Virus record (IMG/VR): IMGVR_UViG_3300021426_000063
Span: 160,001-224,000 of that record
Length of the DNA stretch: 64,000 nucleotides
Direction: 5' to 3' (one strand)
Source: a virus
Lineage: Duplodnaviria > Caudoviricetes
Shown here: positions 48,847 to 59,800 of the stretch, piece by piece
Layout: each line of letters begins with the position of its first letter
Numbering within the stretch: position 1 is the first letter of the stretch
The notes under the pieces: generated by a model
Told to the model about the DNA's origin: nothing
The model's input: only the letters and a program-made list of their open reading frames with translations
The model's database searches: none
Program-made: the position numbers and the translations under genes

Positions 48847-50544
48847 GTTTATTTGTTCCTTTCTCTTTTTAAGATTCTCATTCATCCTCTCCCTGTCTTC
48901 ATCATCCAGTTCATTGGATTCAGCAATGTATCTTTTCAGACTTCCCAGTGTGATTGGTTTGATATATAACTTCTTCAAGTTACTGTTTACTTCTTTAAGG
49001 AGTTCTTTCCTGGTTATCTTTGTACTTTTATTCAATACTTTATCAACCAATATGAGTTTGATTTCCTTTTTGAAACATCTTGATAGTTGTGATTTCATTC
49101 TGTCCTCATTTGAGTAAGAGAAGTTATTGATGTTGTTGATTGCATACTGGAATGCAGAGTTGAATGCTTTCCTGAAATCATTTGTTGAGAACACAGATAT
49201 GTTTGTTGTATCAGGCCAGATACCACCATACTTTTCATTTTTGTTCTTGAACATCTGGTGAACAATATTGTATATCTCTGATTTGAACACATTGAACTCT
49301 TCATGGGACATCTTGTTGATGTCTTCCTTACTTCTGTAACCATATCTCTTGAATGTTTCAAGGGTTATATGTCTGGTACAGTTGATAACATAAGTGTTTC
49401 TTGATTCACCAAAATCTTCTGTCTTGGTGAGTTTCCTTTCTACCTTTTCAAGTGGTTTGATCTCTGACACATCCTCTGCATCATTAATCTTCATCATCTT
49501 CTTCACATTCACCTTTTCAACAAGAGGATCCAACAGTTCAGATAATCCATTATACCATTCTTGAAGAGTTGGTGCATCACCGTAATACAATCTCCTTGCT
49601 TCCTTTGAAGAAAATAGATTCCACATCTCATCATCTGAATAATACTTGATTTCTCCATGTGAGTAATAAGGCATCTTCAGTTCCAGTTCATAGATGCCGG
49701 CAAGTGCAGACATAGGGTTCTTTGCTTTCCAGAAGGTGTAGTTCCTATCACCAAACTTTCTTCTTGAATTTATTTCACAAAGAGCAAGAGTGTATTTTCT
49801 ATATTGAATACCAATAGGTGATATTTCAGTGAAGTCTATCTTCCTGTAATCAAGTTCCCTGTTCTTGTTTGTGTCATTGTTCAGTTCATTGGTGATGTTA
49901 GTGACAACCTCATTGTTGATGTCTTTGTATTGTAGATCCTGGATCAACCATTGAAGTTGGATATGTTTTGACTGATGATTGAAGATATAGAAATCAGGAA
50001 GTGAATTATACTTTGCAAACAGAAGGAGAAGGTTGTTGACATCTTCTTTGTTATCTGGTTTTGTACAATCCACATCAATATCCATCACCACAAGGTTTCT
50101 CACATCCCGTGTATATCCAGTTCCAATAGCAGTATAATCTCTGTGTTCATAACATAGGTCAAGGAAGTTTTCAATCCCTTTGTTCTTCATTTCTCCTTGT
50201 GTGATTCTGAATGAAGGATCATTCTTGGTCTTGGAGATGTCATTACTCTTTACAGAATAATCAACAAGGACTTTGACATATGTTGGTACACTGTTCCTGT
50301 ACATTGCTCTTTTAGGGTCTACAAAATAAGCATTGGATTCATCTGACTTATATGCCAGGAAGAATCCATTATCCCTTCTGAGATATACAGGTTTGAAAGT
50401 ATAATCCTTGAATGATTCATCTGTCCATCTTGGGTCTACCATCTTGAATGTCCAAGTGGAATGATCCCTCTTTGATGGTTTGAACACCTTGATTTGATAG
50501 ATGTCATTATTGTTCTTTATTATATCTTTTAGTGTTTTAGCCAT
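48829..50544 (-). CDS. Replicase-domain (ColE2 Rep-like, AEP superfamily) protein
   Basis: LVVMDIDVD, LPDFYIFNHQSKHIQLQW, GDRNYTFWKAKNP match the Replicase DxD / P...N..H / GD..Y...KNP pattern. Confidence 0.6.
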   Translation of the reverse strand: MAKTLKDIIKNNNDIYQIKVFKPSKRDHSTWTFKMVDPRWTDESFKDYTFKPVYLRRDNGFFLAYKSDESNAYFVDPKRAMYRNSVPTYVKVLVDYSVKSNDISKTKNDPSFRITQGEMKNKGIENFLDLCYEHRDYTAIGTGYTRDVRNLVVMDIDVDCTKPDNKEDVNNLLLLFAKYNSLPDFYIFNHQSKHIQLQWLIQDLQYKDINNEVVTNITNELNNDTNKNRELDYRKIDFTEISPIGIQYRKYTLALCEINSRRKFGDRNYTFWKAKNPMSALAGIYELELKMPYYSHGEIKYYSDDEMWNLFSSKEARRLYYGDAPTLQEWYNGLSELLDPLVEKVNVKKMMKINDAEDVSEIKPLEKVERKLTKTEDFGESRNTYVINCTRHITLETFKRYGYRSKEDINKMSHEEFNVFKSEIYNIVHQMFKNKNEKYGGIWPDTTNISVFSTNDFRKAFNSAFQYAINNINNFSYSNEDRMKSQLSRCFKKEIKLILVDKVLNKSTKITRKELLKEVNSNLKKLYIKPITLGSLKRYIAESNELDDEDRERMNENLKKRKEQINKRRSA

Positions 50545-50582
50545 AAATATTTTGTAAGTTGTATTAAAAATAACAATAATTT

Positions 50583-50846
50583 ATGAGAAAATTAGGAGAA
50601 ATTTTGAATGAGAATGTAAATCCTAATCCAAATAACTGGCCTGATGTAAAGACTCTTGGTGATGGTGAATATGATGGTGCTCTCTGGGGACATTGCTTTG
50701 TATATGAAGGAAAGAAGTACTATTCAGAGTGTGGATGGAAGAACATATACCCAAGTTATTGTAAGATGGTTATTGAGAATGGTAAAGCCTGGGCACACCA
50801 AGTTGATATTTATCAGAGACCAAAACTAAAAGAATTGTTTGATTAA
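50583..50846 (+). CDS. Hypothetical protein with capsid-targeting-like leader (MRKLGEILNE)
   Basis: 87 aa; CATAAATA at 50542. Confidence 0.6.
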   Translation: MRKLGEILNENVNPNPNNWPDVKTLGDGEYDGALWGHCFVYEGKKYYSECGWKNIYPSYCKMVIENGKAWAHQVDIYQRPKLKELFD

Positions 50847-51415
50847 TGGATAAGTATAATATACTTGAATGGTCAGACCATTTTGAAAAGAATAATGGAG
50901 TGGTTGACCCAAAGAGAGACTTCCTGGAGAGCAACAGTATAGTACTTTATCCGGGAAGATTCTATGTCTTGGAGTATTTTGCAAAGACTAAAGATATGTA
51001 TAATACAAGACCTGTCATCATCAGTATGGGTATAAGTAAGAAAGAACCAGATTCATTCCTTTGTGTTGATTTGTGTGTTATGCCTATCCAGGTCCGCAGG
51101 AGATTCATTGAGATGTACTTTAATATCTTCAAGAGAGAGATAATGGATAATATGGACAAACATTTCTTTGTTGATGATGCAGACAAACAATCTTGGATGA
51201 GAAGTTTCAGTTATGAGAATCTTTGTAAGTCAATGCAGATGTTACCAATCAAGAATGCAATTAAGAGGTATAAGATTGAGAACACAAGGAAGATTTATTC
51301 ACTTCCATTCAGTGGTGTATATAAGGTGATAGGAAGATATTGTGATGAAGATTATTATGTGAATGGACATCTAAAAGATATACAGTTGGAGTTCATTAAT
51401 AAGATGAGGAAGTAA
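50846..51415 (+). CDS. DNA end protector protein, T4 gp2-like
   Basis: YPGRFYVLEYFAKTK..YNTRPVII..G...DLCVMP..VR..F...AIKRY resembles T4 gp2. Confidence 0.7.
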   Translation: MDKYNILEWSDHFEKNNGVVDPKRDFLESNSIVLYPGRFYVLEYFAKTKDMYNTRPVIISMGISKKEPDSFLCVDLCVMPIQVRRRFIEMYFNIFKREIMDNMDKHFFVDDADKQSWMRSFSYENLCKSMQMLPIKNAIKRYKIENTRKIYSLPFSGVYKVIGRYCDEDYYVNGHLKDIQLEFINKMRK

Positions 51416-51432
51416 TTTGTTATATTTAGTAT

Positions 51433-51714
51433 ATGACACTTGAAGAATTAAAAACAGAATTTAAAATCCAGGGGTTTAAGATTGAAGGAAACTCATTTAT
51501 ACATGAGTTTGAAGACCCAAATACAATTATCAATGGTGTTCATCCAAAGAAGAGATTTGAGATGGAATATGTATGTGAGGGATGTATGAGGGATGCTGGT
51601 GATTCAGATGATGGAGAACCAATCTATCAGTTTGATATACTTGGTCAGAACAGAGAACCAGTGGTTACTATCTGTTTTGGAAGTTTTGAAGAATTCACAA
51701 GACTTGTAGGATGA
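51433..51714 (+). CDS. Hypothetical protein
   Basis: 93 aa after TTTGTTATATTT (51416-51427). Confidence 0.65.
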   Translation: MTLEELKTEFKIQGFKIEGNSFIHEFEDPNTIINGVHPKKRFEMEYVCEGCMRDAGDSDDGEPIYQFDILGQNREPVVTICFGSFEEFTRLVG

Positions 51715-51926
51715 AAAGGATAGGAAGATTTATAAAAGCATTATGGAGATATATCAGGTATGGTAAGAGAGTTTCATTTGATGAATATGTTACCAGACTG
51801 AATGATTGTAGATACTGTCTCCATAATGATACTGAAAAATGGATATGTAAGAAATGTGGTTGCTATATCATCAAGAAGTGTAAAATGTCCACAGAAGAAT
51901 GTCCTGTAGGAAGATGGTTGGTGTAA
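51711..51926 (+). CDS. Cys-rich small protein (DUF6171-like)
   Basis: RL..CRYC...CKKCGC...K......CPVGRW. Confidence 0.7.
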   Translation: MKRIGRFIKALWRYIRYGKRVSFDEYVTRLNDCRYCLHNDTEKWICKKCGCYIIKKCKMSTEECPVGRWLV

Positions 51927-51944
51927 ATCACATCAACCATTTTT
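51914..51944 (+). terminator. Probable intrinsic terminator followed by late promoter
   Basis: ATGGTTG...CAACCAT stem plus T tract, then CATAAATA at 51945. Confidence 0.6.
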
Positions 51945-51972
51945 CATAAATACCATATAATAGTATATACTT

Positions 51973-54045
51973 ATGAATAATATAAAGAGTTTTAATGAGT
52001 ACACTGGACAGGAACTTGAACAAATAGTTTATGATCAGGAACTTAATGAAGGAATAATGGGTAAAGGAATCAGAGGATTCTTCAACAAGAGTGCTGCCAG
52101 GAAGGTAAGGGCAGAACTTGCTGATGAGATTGAGATGAGTAAATCCATTATGGATGGAATCAAGGAAGGTCTTGAAGCAATGAATGATGATTTTGATGCA
52201 ATCAAGAAAAGTCTTGATGATTCTGATGAGAATGATAAGAAGAAGGGTGATAAGCAGAAGTTACTTGAAGAAATCACAAAGATTCTTGAAAATTCAAGGA
52301 AGAATACTTGGGACTTGAATGAACTCATTGATGAAGGTGAGATTGATTATACAGGTTTCACTGCCAATATTGGTATTGCTACTGTTGCTAACTTTGGTGT
52401 CCTCTTTACACCATTCAGGTCAATGGTTATGATTCATAAGGGATATAGGTATTTCTTCAATATTATAAAGAATACTGTGAGAAAATCTCTTGTAATGTTA
52501 CAGGTGAATTTTGATCAGTTTGAAAATCTTATTGTAACCCAGAGTTTAAGATGTGCTGGTGTTATTACTGCAACTGATACAAGTGGAGATATTGGTGAGT
52601 TCTATGGAAATATCTGTGCTCAGATTGCAGAAAACAAATCAATGAGTAAAAAGCAGCTTGAAAAAGTAAAGACTTTGTTAAATGCAGCAAAAAACAAGTT
52701 TGATCAGCAGGTAAAGGCTGATAAGTTGAAAGATACTGCTGAAAATTTGTATAACAATCTTGATCCATATAACAACACATATACAAAATCTCTTGAAGTG
52801 TTGAGGCAGTATTCTGGTGATGATGTACAGAAGCATCTTGATGCAATCAAGACATCTATGAATAAACTTGCTGGTCAGGATGTAGACCTTCAGACATATG
52901 CAGAACTTATCATTGCTGCTGCTGAGGAGCATGCTTATGAAGTATCTTCTTCAATTTATAATAAGTTTGCAAAGATGACAGAGGTGTTCAGTCTTCCTAA
53001 TCAGCAGAAACTTATTGATTTGATTCTTGCTGCTAATAAAGAAGATAAAGCTGCTGCCAAGAAGTTGAGGGATGAAAAGAAAGCAGAAAAGTTAGAGCAA
53101 GAAAAATCTGAAAAGGAAGAAAAGTGTACAGAAATATTTGAAAAGATTGAAGGTACAAAACTTGGTGAACTTGATAATGAAACAAATAAATATGATGAAT
53201 CAAAAATCAAGGCAGACAAGTGGACATATGAAGAGTTTAGTAAATTGGATGAGGATGACCAGGATTTGTTTGGTTCTTGGTTAGACTGTCATAGTGAAGT
53301 ACTGAAAAAGTGTGATGAAACTCTTTGGGTGTATATAACAACACCACCATCACAGAATAGAAATACATCATACATTGATTCATTGATTGATTATATCGGA
53401 CCATGTCTTCTCCCATTGGAAGAATCAAGTAGTGTACATATTCTCAACTTTGATGAATATGTTAATGAAAGTACTGAATATAAATTATCAAAGAAAGAAA
53501 CAGATGATCTTGATAAAAAATATGATGACCTTGGTTCAAAAACTAGTTTTGAAAATTTGTTAAATATAATTTTTGATGAGGAAATTGAAGATTTTGATTC
53601 TCTTGAATTAACAGATGAAATAGAAGCAAGGTATTATTATATAATGTCTAAATGTGATGAAGATGAACTTGAAGAAGAATTGAGTAAACTTAAAGCTTTC
53701 AAAAAAGGTATAGATAAAAAGAATAAGTTCAACATTAATTTTGATAGTATTGATGATAATCAGATTAGTGACCTTAAAGAGTTATATGAAAATAAGGATG
53801 TTGCAATTGTAGCTCTTAAAGCAATTGGTAAAAAGGTTCTTAAAGATACAACATTTACCAAAAATAGTAAAGTTATAGTTGAAAATATAAACAAATGCTT
53901 TGAAAAGGGTAAGTGTAGAGTTTCATTAATGACATATATTTTACTTGCAAATGCTTTGAAAGATTTGAAGCAATTGAGAAATAATGATTATGCTGAAATT
54001 GAACAAGAAGCAGATAATGAAGAAAAGAAAAAGAGTGAGAAATAA
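51973..54045 (+). CDS. Helical acidic protein, candidate internal head (ejected) protein
   Basis: Leader MNNIKSFNEY...ELNE|G, internal ILNFDEYVNE|S; late promoter. Confidence 0.6.
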   Translation: MNNIKSFNEYTGQELEQIVYDQELNEGIMGKGIRGFFNKSAARKVRAELADEIEMSKSIMDGIKEGLEAMNDDFDAIKKSLDDSDENDKKKGDKQKLLEEITKILENSRKNTWDLNELIDEGEIDYTGFTANIGIATVANFGVLFTPFRSMVMIHKGYRYFFNIIKNTVRKSLVMLQVNFDQFENLIVTQSLRCAGVITATDTSGDIGEFYGNICAQIAENKSMSKKQLEKVKTLLNAAKNKFDQQVKADKLKDTAENLYNNLDPYNNTYTKSLEVLRQYSGDDVQKHLDAIKTSMNKLAGQDVDLQTYAELIIAAAEEHAYEVSSSIYNKFAKMTEVFSLPNQQKLIDLILAANKEDKAAAKKLRDEKKAEKLEQEKSEKEEKCTEIFEKIEGTKLGELDNETNKYDESKIKADKWTYEEFSKLDEDDQDLFGSWLDCHSEVLKKCDETLWVYITTPPSQNRNTSYIDSLIDYIGPCLLPLEESSSVHILNFDEYVNESTEYKLSKKETDDLDKKYDDLGSKTSFENLLNIIFDEEIEDFDSLELTDEIEARYYYIMSKCDEDELEEELSKLKAFKKGIDKKNKFNINFDSIDDNQISDLKELYENKDVAIVALKAIGKKVLKDTTFTKNSKVIVENINKCFEKGKCRVSLMTYILLANALKDLKQLRNNDYAEIEQEADNEEKKKSEK

Positions 54046-54059
54046 TCTCACTCTTTTTT
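54029..54059. terminator. Bidirectional intrinsic terminator
   Basis: AAAAGAGTGAGA-AATAA-TCTCACTCTTTT. Confidence 0.85.
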
Positions 54060-54786
54060 ATTTTATATCAAACATATCTTTCAGTTTCTTCACAAATTCT
54101 GGGTGTCTCATACTTGAATTATAGAAACCTACCCATCTACAATTGTTCCAGAAGGTCTCACCACATGTACAATGGAATTCATCAAAGTTTGGTACTCCTC
54201 TTTCATTTATGAAGTTATAGTACAGATCATAGATGGTGATACCTGTTTCAGTCTGGTAAGGAAATTTGTTACACATCTTGATGAACTTGTGTTTGTTCAA
54301 TGGGCTTGGGATGTGTGGATTGAAGAACCTACAACCAATACCATTTCTGGGGAATCTGCTGAAACATTTAATCAGTCTCTTATACCAGATCCTGTTCTTT
54401 GCCATATTCATAAACCAAGGTATTGTAGATTCATTATAGATTCTCATATATCTTGGTGTGGTATCAGACCATTCAGTGTCTTTGGTGATGAACTGGTCGT
54501 CACTCCACATTATAAAATCATCAGTCAGGTCTGGTACTTTCTCAATGGCTGCTCTTACCTTCTCAATAATATTTGCATCTTTGTCATGTCCATAGATATC
54601 ATCCTGGTAAATCCAGATAATGTCATCCCCAAGTTCTTTGATTGGTTCAATCTGTGTGACAATGATGATTCTGTTAAGACATTTGAAATATTTCTTGATA
54701 CTTGCAACAGCAACCTTGATTTCAAAGTTATCATTATTGAAACTTTTTACTCCAAGTGGAATTACAACATCATGCTTATTTTCCAT
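54058..54786 (-). CDS. Stealth-like sugar-phosphotransferase/glycosyltransferase
   Basis: DVVIP, EIKVAVASIKKY...IIIVT, DFIMWSDDQF, HIPSP resemble Stealth conserved regions; minus-strand CATAAATA at 54820-54827. Confidence 0.6.
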   Translation of the reverse strand: MENKHDVVIPLGVKSFNNDNFEIKVAVASIKKYFKCLNRIIIVTQIEPIKELGDDIIWIYQDDIYGHDKDANIIEKVRAAIEKVPDLTDDFIMWSDDQFITKDTEWSDTTPRYMRIYNESTIPWFMNMAKNRIWYKRLIKCFSRFPRNGIGCRFFNPHIPSPLNKHKFIKMCNKFPYQTETGITIYDLYYNFINERGVPNFDEFHCTCGETFWNNCRWVGFYNSSMRHPEFVKKLKDMFDIK

Positions 54787-54834
54787 AGAATACTATATTT
54801 AGCATAAATAATATATAAATATTTATGTTCAGAT

Positions 54835-55071
54835 ATGGCAGCAAATAATGAATCAACAACATCAAATGTAGTTTCCAGGCTTGGATCTGTTTCAAAAAGG
54901 AATGAGATTTTGGCCAAGCAAGATGCAAACCGTAAGGAAGAGTTTGAGTCTTTGAGAAACAAGATGTCAGCTGCTGCACCAAAGATGGGAAGAGAGATTC
55001 TTATGACAGCTGAACTATATGACTCCAATATATTAAAGGGAGACCAGGAAGCAAGAAAGGAGAAGATTTAA
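54835..55071 (+). CDS. Small hypothetical late protein
   Basis: 78 aa with its own CATAAATA (54803) and a hairpin at 55056-55084. Confidence 0.6.
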   Translation: MAANNESTTSNVVSRLGSVSKRNEILAKQDANRKEEFESLRNKMSAAAPKMGREILMTAELYDSNILKGDQEARKEKI

Positions 55072-55084
55072 GTCTTCTCCTTTT
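55056..55084. terminator. Bidirectional intrinsic terminator
   Basis: AAAGGAGAAGA-TTTAAG-TCTTCTCCTTT. Confidence 0.8.
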
Positions 55085-55086
55085 CA

Positions 55087-55542
55087 TTATATCAGTTGTT
55101 GAGATATTATCTCCAGTTTATTTCGTACCGCAAATCCAAAGTTGTCCAATGTCTTCACACATTCTTCAAAGTACATTATCTGTGTCTTTATCATATTGAC
55201 CTGTTGTTTGATTGCAATACAGTCTGCACTTACAAAGGCATTCTTTTCTGCACTACTGAGCTTGATGTCATAACTTAAACAATAATCCCTGAACCTTGCT
55301 GTTGTCTGTGTCTCCAACATTCCTTGTCTCTTGTCGAGGAGGATCCTGTATGCTGCTAACTTTTCCTGGACCTGTTGCCTATATGATAACTGAAAGACCT
55401 GGGCTTCTGAAAGTTTCTTGTTATCCTTCATCATACTGATGAGTTCAATAACCTTATCCCTCCATTCTTCCCTTTCCTTCTTCAATTCATCTTCCAGTTT
55501 GGCATTCTGTTCAACAGTCTTCTTGTCATCTAATGGTTTCAT
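55087..55542 (-). CDS. uvsY: Recombination mediator, T4 UvsY-like
   Basis: Helical 151 aa; C-terminus YFEECVKTLDNFGFAVRNKLE resembles UvsY. Confidence 0.6.
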   Translation of the reverse strand: MKPLDDKKTVEQNAKLEDELKKEREEWRDKVIELISMMKDNKKLSEAQVFQLSYRQQVQEKLAAYRILLDKRQGMLETQTTARFRDYCLSYDIKLSSAEKNAFVSADCIAIKQQVNMIKTQIMYFEECVKTLDNFGFAVRNKLEIISQQLI

Positions 55543-55688
55543 AGGGTAATCTGTTTATCCTTTAATTCCTTTAACTCTTCTTCGAGTCTTTCATCAGGTT
55601 CAAACTTGGCAATGAGTTTCAGTTTCTTATTTCGGGTTTCCAAGTCTTTCTGATAAATTTCAAATTCTTTATTTATCTTATCTCCCAT
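55539..55688 (-). CDS. Small hypothetical protein (49 aa), not in ORF track
   Basis: MGDKINKEFEIYQKDLETRNKK...; after promoter motif 55696-55707; ATGA overlap with uvsY. Confidence 0.6.
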   Translation of the reverse strand: MGDKINKEFEIYQKDLETRNKKLKLIAKFEPDERLEEELKELKDKQITL

Positions 55689-55723
55689 ATAAACTAAATA
55701 TAACAAAATTGGCAGGAATGTGG

Positions 55724-55882
55724 TTAATCCTGCCAGTCTTGTAGTTTAATTTTCTTTAATAATCTTCTCAATGAAGGTGTGTAGAATGCAAATCCCTTGG
55801 GTCCTTTGTTGTCTTTGTCTTTCAACATTGAAGGAACATAATGGGAGTTCTTCAATTTCTTTTTCTTATTCAGTGATACCAT
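55724..55882 (-). CDS. Small basic hypothetical protein (52 aa), not in ORF track
   Basis: MVSLNKKKKLKNSHYVPSML...; after promoter motif 55888-55899; ends in a TGGCAGGA/TCCTGCCA hairpin. Confidence 0.5.
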   Translation of the reverse strand: MVSLNKKKKLKNSHYVPSMLKDKDNKGPKGFAFYTPSLRRLLKKIKLQDWQD

Positions 55883-55899
55883 ATATTAAATATAACAAA

Positions 55900-56787
55900 T
55901 TAAAGAGAGAGAATCATATCTATAAGATTTGGTTGTGGAGATAAATCAAATTTATCACGTCTCACATTTGCATGGGTAATCATACCTTTAACTTTTCCAT
56001 CATAGGCATCCTGGTGGAATTCAAATGCCTTGTCAGCACCTTCATCTTTTATCCACTGATAGATTCCTTTATGTAAATCAATATTGTCTCTGTTAGCAAT
56101 ATACAACAACAAAGAGTATAATGCCTTCAACTGGTTATCTGAATACCTGTGCCATGTATAATAACCTCTGAATGCTTCTTTGAGTCTCACAATCTGGTCT
56201 GCTCTGACAGGAGTGTTCACATAAGTGAGACCATTCTTTACATATCCCATATTGCAGAGTTCAATACCAACTGAATGTGAGTTCATATATGATGAACCAG
56301 ATTTGCCAATATGATAACCCTGGTTTCCTTCTGGATAAGATCTGATTACTTTTCCATCATATATACTCCTTCCATCAGAACTTCTCTGACCACCGATGAC
56401 AAACTCTGTTGCCACTCTTCCAAGTGTATCTTTTGCCCAGCAGTCAACAACTGCCTTTGGGTTATCATGTCCTGCTGTATGATGTAGGACAATATAATCA
56501 TTCAAATATTTACCATTTAAATATTCCTTCTTTGGGAGGAAATAATCTTCAATGTCAATGAGAGATACTGGTTCAATTATAGGACTCAAATCTGTATCAA
56601 ACTGTGGCATAAGTTTTTCAATGGTTTTCTTACCTACAACACCATCTGCAAAGAGACCATTTTCCTTCTGGAATTTCTTTACTGCTGCTTCAGTACCCCT
56701 TCCAAAAACACCATCAGCCTTAAGACCAAGTGCCTTTTGAATCTGCTTGATTTCATCTCCCCTACTACCAATTTTGTAAACAGCCAT
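55900..56787 (-). CDS. Endolysin: peptidoglycan-binding domain plus N-acetylmuramoyl-L-alanine amidase
   Basis: GSRGDEIKQIQ..ADGVFG..T..AVKKFQ..DGVVG; VLHHTAG, SVGIELCN, ITHA, KFD; minus-strand CATAAATA at 56815. Confidence 0.9.
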   Translation of the reverse strand: MAVYKIGSRGDEIKQIQKALGLKADGVFGRGTEAAVKKFQKENGLFADGVVGKKTIEKLMPQFDTDLSPIIEPVSLIDIEDYFLPKKEYLNGKYLNDYIVLHHTAGHDNPKAVVDCWAKDTLGRVATEFVIGGQRSSDGRSIYDGKVIRSYPEGNQGYHIGKSGSSYMNSHSVGIELCNMGYVKNGLTYVNTPVRADQIVRLKEAFRGYYTWHRYSDNQLKALYSLLLYIANRDNIDLHKGIYQWIKDEGADKAFEFHQDAYDGKVKGMITHANVRRDKFDLSPQPNLIDMILSL

Positions 56788-56874
56788 AAGTTTAGAAATT
56801 TTAATTGTATAAATTATTTATGAGGTATTCACCATAAATACATTATATATAGTGTTTAATAAAAATAGACATTT

Positions 56875-59800
56875 ATGACAAAGATTAAAAACTCTTTAAG
56901 TACCTATTTGGAACAGGCAATTGTTATGACTGGAAACAGTCTTGAAACAATGGATAAAATAAGTGATGCAGTGTCATCATCAGAGGATAGTGTCAAGCTT
57001 ATCCTCACTGATCCAAATGATCCAAAGAAATCTGTGGAGTATATCATTCCATCATTTGGATATTTGAAATCAGAGATAGACAGACTGTCTGCAAGTATCA
57101 ACACAATGACCAACATCACTGATGGTGCTGGTAGTAGAATCAGATTGTCTGATGGTTCATATAGAAAGATTATTGCAAGTAAGGTTCCAAGTGAGGCACC
57201 AACCATCACCCAGGTTGACAACATAACAAATTTCAATTTCAAGTCAAACTGGTTCTTTGAGGATATGCTTAATCCTTCACTTTACATCACCTGGGATTTA
57301 TCAAGTCAGATAAATCCAGAGACAGAGAGGGTGATGATTCAGAGATACATCTTGAAGTGTGATACACAGGTAAAGATTGATGCTTTCAATAAAGACATCA
57401 AAGGAAGAAATGATATTGATTATAAAGAGTTCCTTACCTTCCTTCTTAATAATAGGATTAAATACACTCTTGATGATGAGATTAAAGATCTTCCACCAAG
57501 AGCAAGAAGGTATTATGGTACATTCTCTGTAATCAGGATTGAGACAGAGAAAGACCTGAAAGGAATGACAGTGAAGAGATATATCCTTGACAGTCTTGAA
57601 TTCACTGATTCAAGAAGTGGATTTGAGAACACAAGGGTTCTTTCTGTTGGTGATTTTGTTGAGGTCAATTCAAATCCAACCACAACAAGATATGAAGTGA
57701 TTTATGTTGAGGCATCTGAAAACAAGGTTGGTCTCAAATGTATTGAAGGTTGTGAAGGTGTAAGGATTGGTGCTGATACATTGAAGATAAGTGCATCACA
57801 GGATACACTTGTATCTGCTGATATTCCTATTGGATTTGATGAGAGGGAAGTAATCTTTGTTAAGTCTATTGACCCAGATTCAAATATCCCTTCAACAGTA
57901 TGGTCTCCTGGTGTTGGTTTTTATAGTAATGAACTCACTTATGTTGATGAGAGTGGTGCAACACAGACTCTTCAGAAGTTCTATCAGAGAAATGTGGTTG
58001 ACTTTGGTCAGGTATTGTTGTCATATGCCAATGACTATTATCCTTCAATCAGGGAAGGTATCATACCTAATGTACCAGTATTGAACTATGCTGGTGGTGA
58101 AGGTGACTTCAAGATTGTTCAGATTAACACTCAACTCACAGAGACAACAGATGCAGAGACATTCAGGAGTCTTGTTTCAGATAAGATAAAGATTCAGAGT
58201 GAGTTGGATAATGTTGCTAATGAGATTGAGAAACAGAAAGAGGCAATCCAGACAACACAGTATAAGTCAACAACAGATAAGTTGAAGGCCCAGGCAACAC
58301 TCAAATCCCTTATTGATAGTCAGTCTGTACTTACATCAGATTATAACAGTAAGGTTAACAGTATCAAGGCGAGGGTCGAGTCTGGTAATTTAGTAACACC
58401 GAAGTATCGTGTCCGTGGTTTCTGGGATATTCCTGATTCAAAGATTAGTCCTTCATCCGGTGAACAGAAGATTATCAAGTTCAAAATCAGATACAGATAT
58501 TTGAGTGAGTATGGTAATGCCAACAAGGAGGAAGAATTCACCTACACATCAGGTAATGCTACAGTCACAGGTAGGTTCTCAAACTGGAATGAGATTGAAA
58601 CCAAGCTCAGGAAGAGAGTGAAGACTGATTCTGGTTGGGACTGGGCAAAGATAAACAATGCTGACCCAGATGAGGTTGACATCAATCAGTTGGATATTCC
58701 TATCAATCCTGGTGAGCAGGTTGAGATCCAGGTGAAGTCTGTAAGTGAGGCTGGTTGGCCATCTAATCCATTGGAATCAGATTGGTCAGAACCTATTGTT
58801 GTTGCTTTCTCTGATTTTGCAGAGTTACAGGCGGATGATATTTCAGAGGTTATAGAGCAGAACAGGATTGATGCTGCTGTTGCCAATGTGACAAAGATGT
58901 TTAGTGGTACTGCTGCACATGCAAGTTCAAGTTTCTATACCAATGATAAGTACTTTGCTCACAGTGCAGAGAACATCACATCTGGTTTCTTGTCACCTGA
59001 ACAGACACCTATCACATTGTTTGATAAACTCCAGGAACTCCAGAATCAGATTGATATGATCATTGAACAGATTAATAATACAGTTGGTGATTTGACAGTT
59101 ACATTGCAGGATGCATCTGATGAATCAAAGATTTATACACTCAATGAGGGTGGTACAACCTATATCAATGCTGGTGATTATCTTACAGCAATTGGTGGTG
59201 AACTTATAAAACCTGATGATGAGCAACATCGTAATAGTAATAGTGGTTCAATTGTATCAAAGATTTATTATCTTAACATCACAACAGATTCAAAGTCTGG
59301 TTTATTCCTTTTGAGTAAGTTGACAGGTAACAGATTGTCAATGTGTCCAAATACAACAGAGAGGACATCTAGTGTAGTTGGAGGTAATGATTATTACAAT
59401 TATGATAATGTTACAACTCATTCAAGTACAAGTGGTTCATATTATTATGAGCAGGGTAGATATGATTTGGTACCTATCAACTTAACAAATCCAGAGTATA
59501 TTGACTTCCAGGTTGGTTCTCCAACAATGTATCAGTCAGCACAGTGTAGAGGTCAGTTTGTTTATTCAAGATTTAGAAACATTGGTGATACATTTGATAT
59601 GTATGCCAACACAAGTAAGCATTATGCAAATCTTGATTCTGATTCTGAATTGGAAGAAGATCCAGATAATAGGACACCTTGGTTTAATCCAGATGCACAA
59701 TTCCGTGAAGCAGAGGTTGTTTATAAAACTGATCAGTCAGTAAATTATGTTGAGGAATATAATACTATGACAGGTTCAGAAGTTACAACTACAGATGATT

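Noticed and set aside
54172-54807. 211-aa plus-strand ORF
   Set aside because: It is antisense to the Stealth-like gene, which has the motifs, promoter and terminator.
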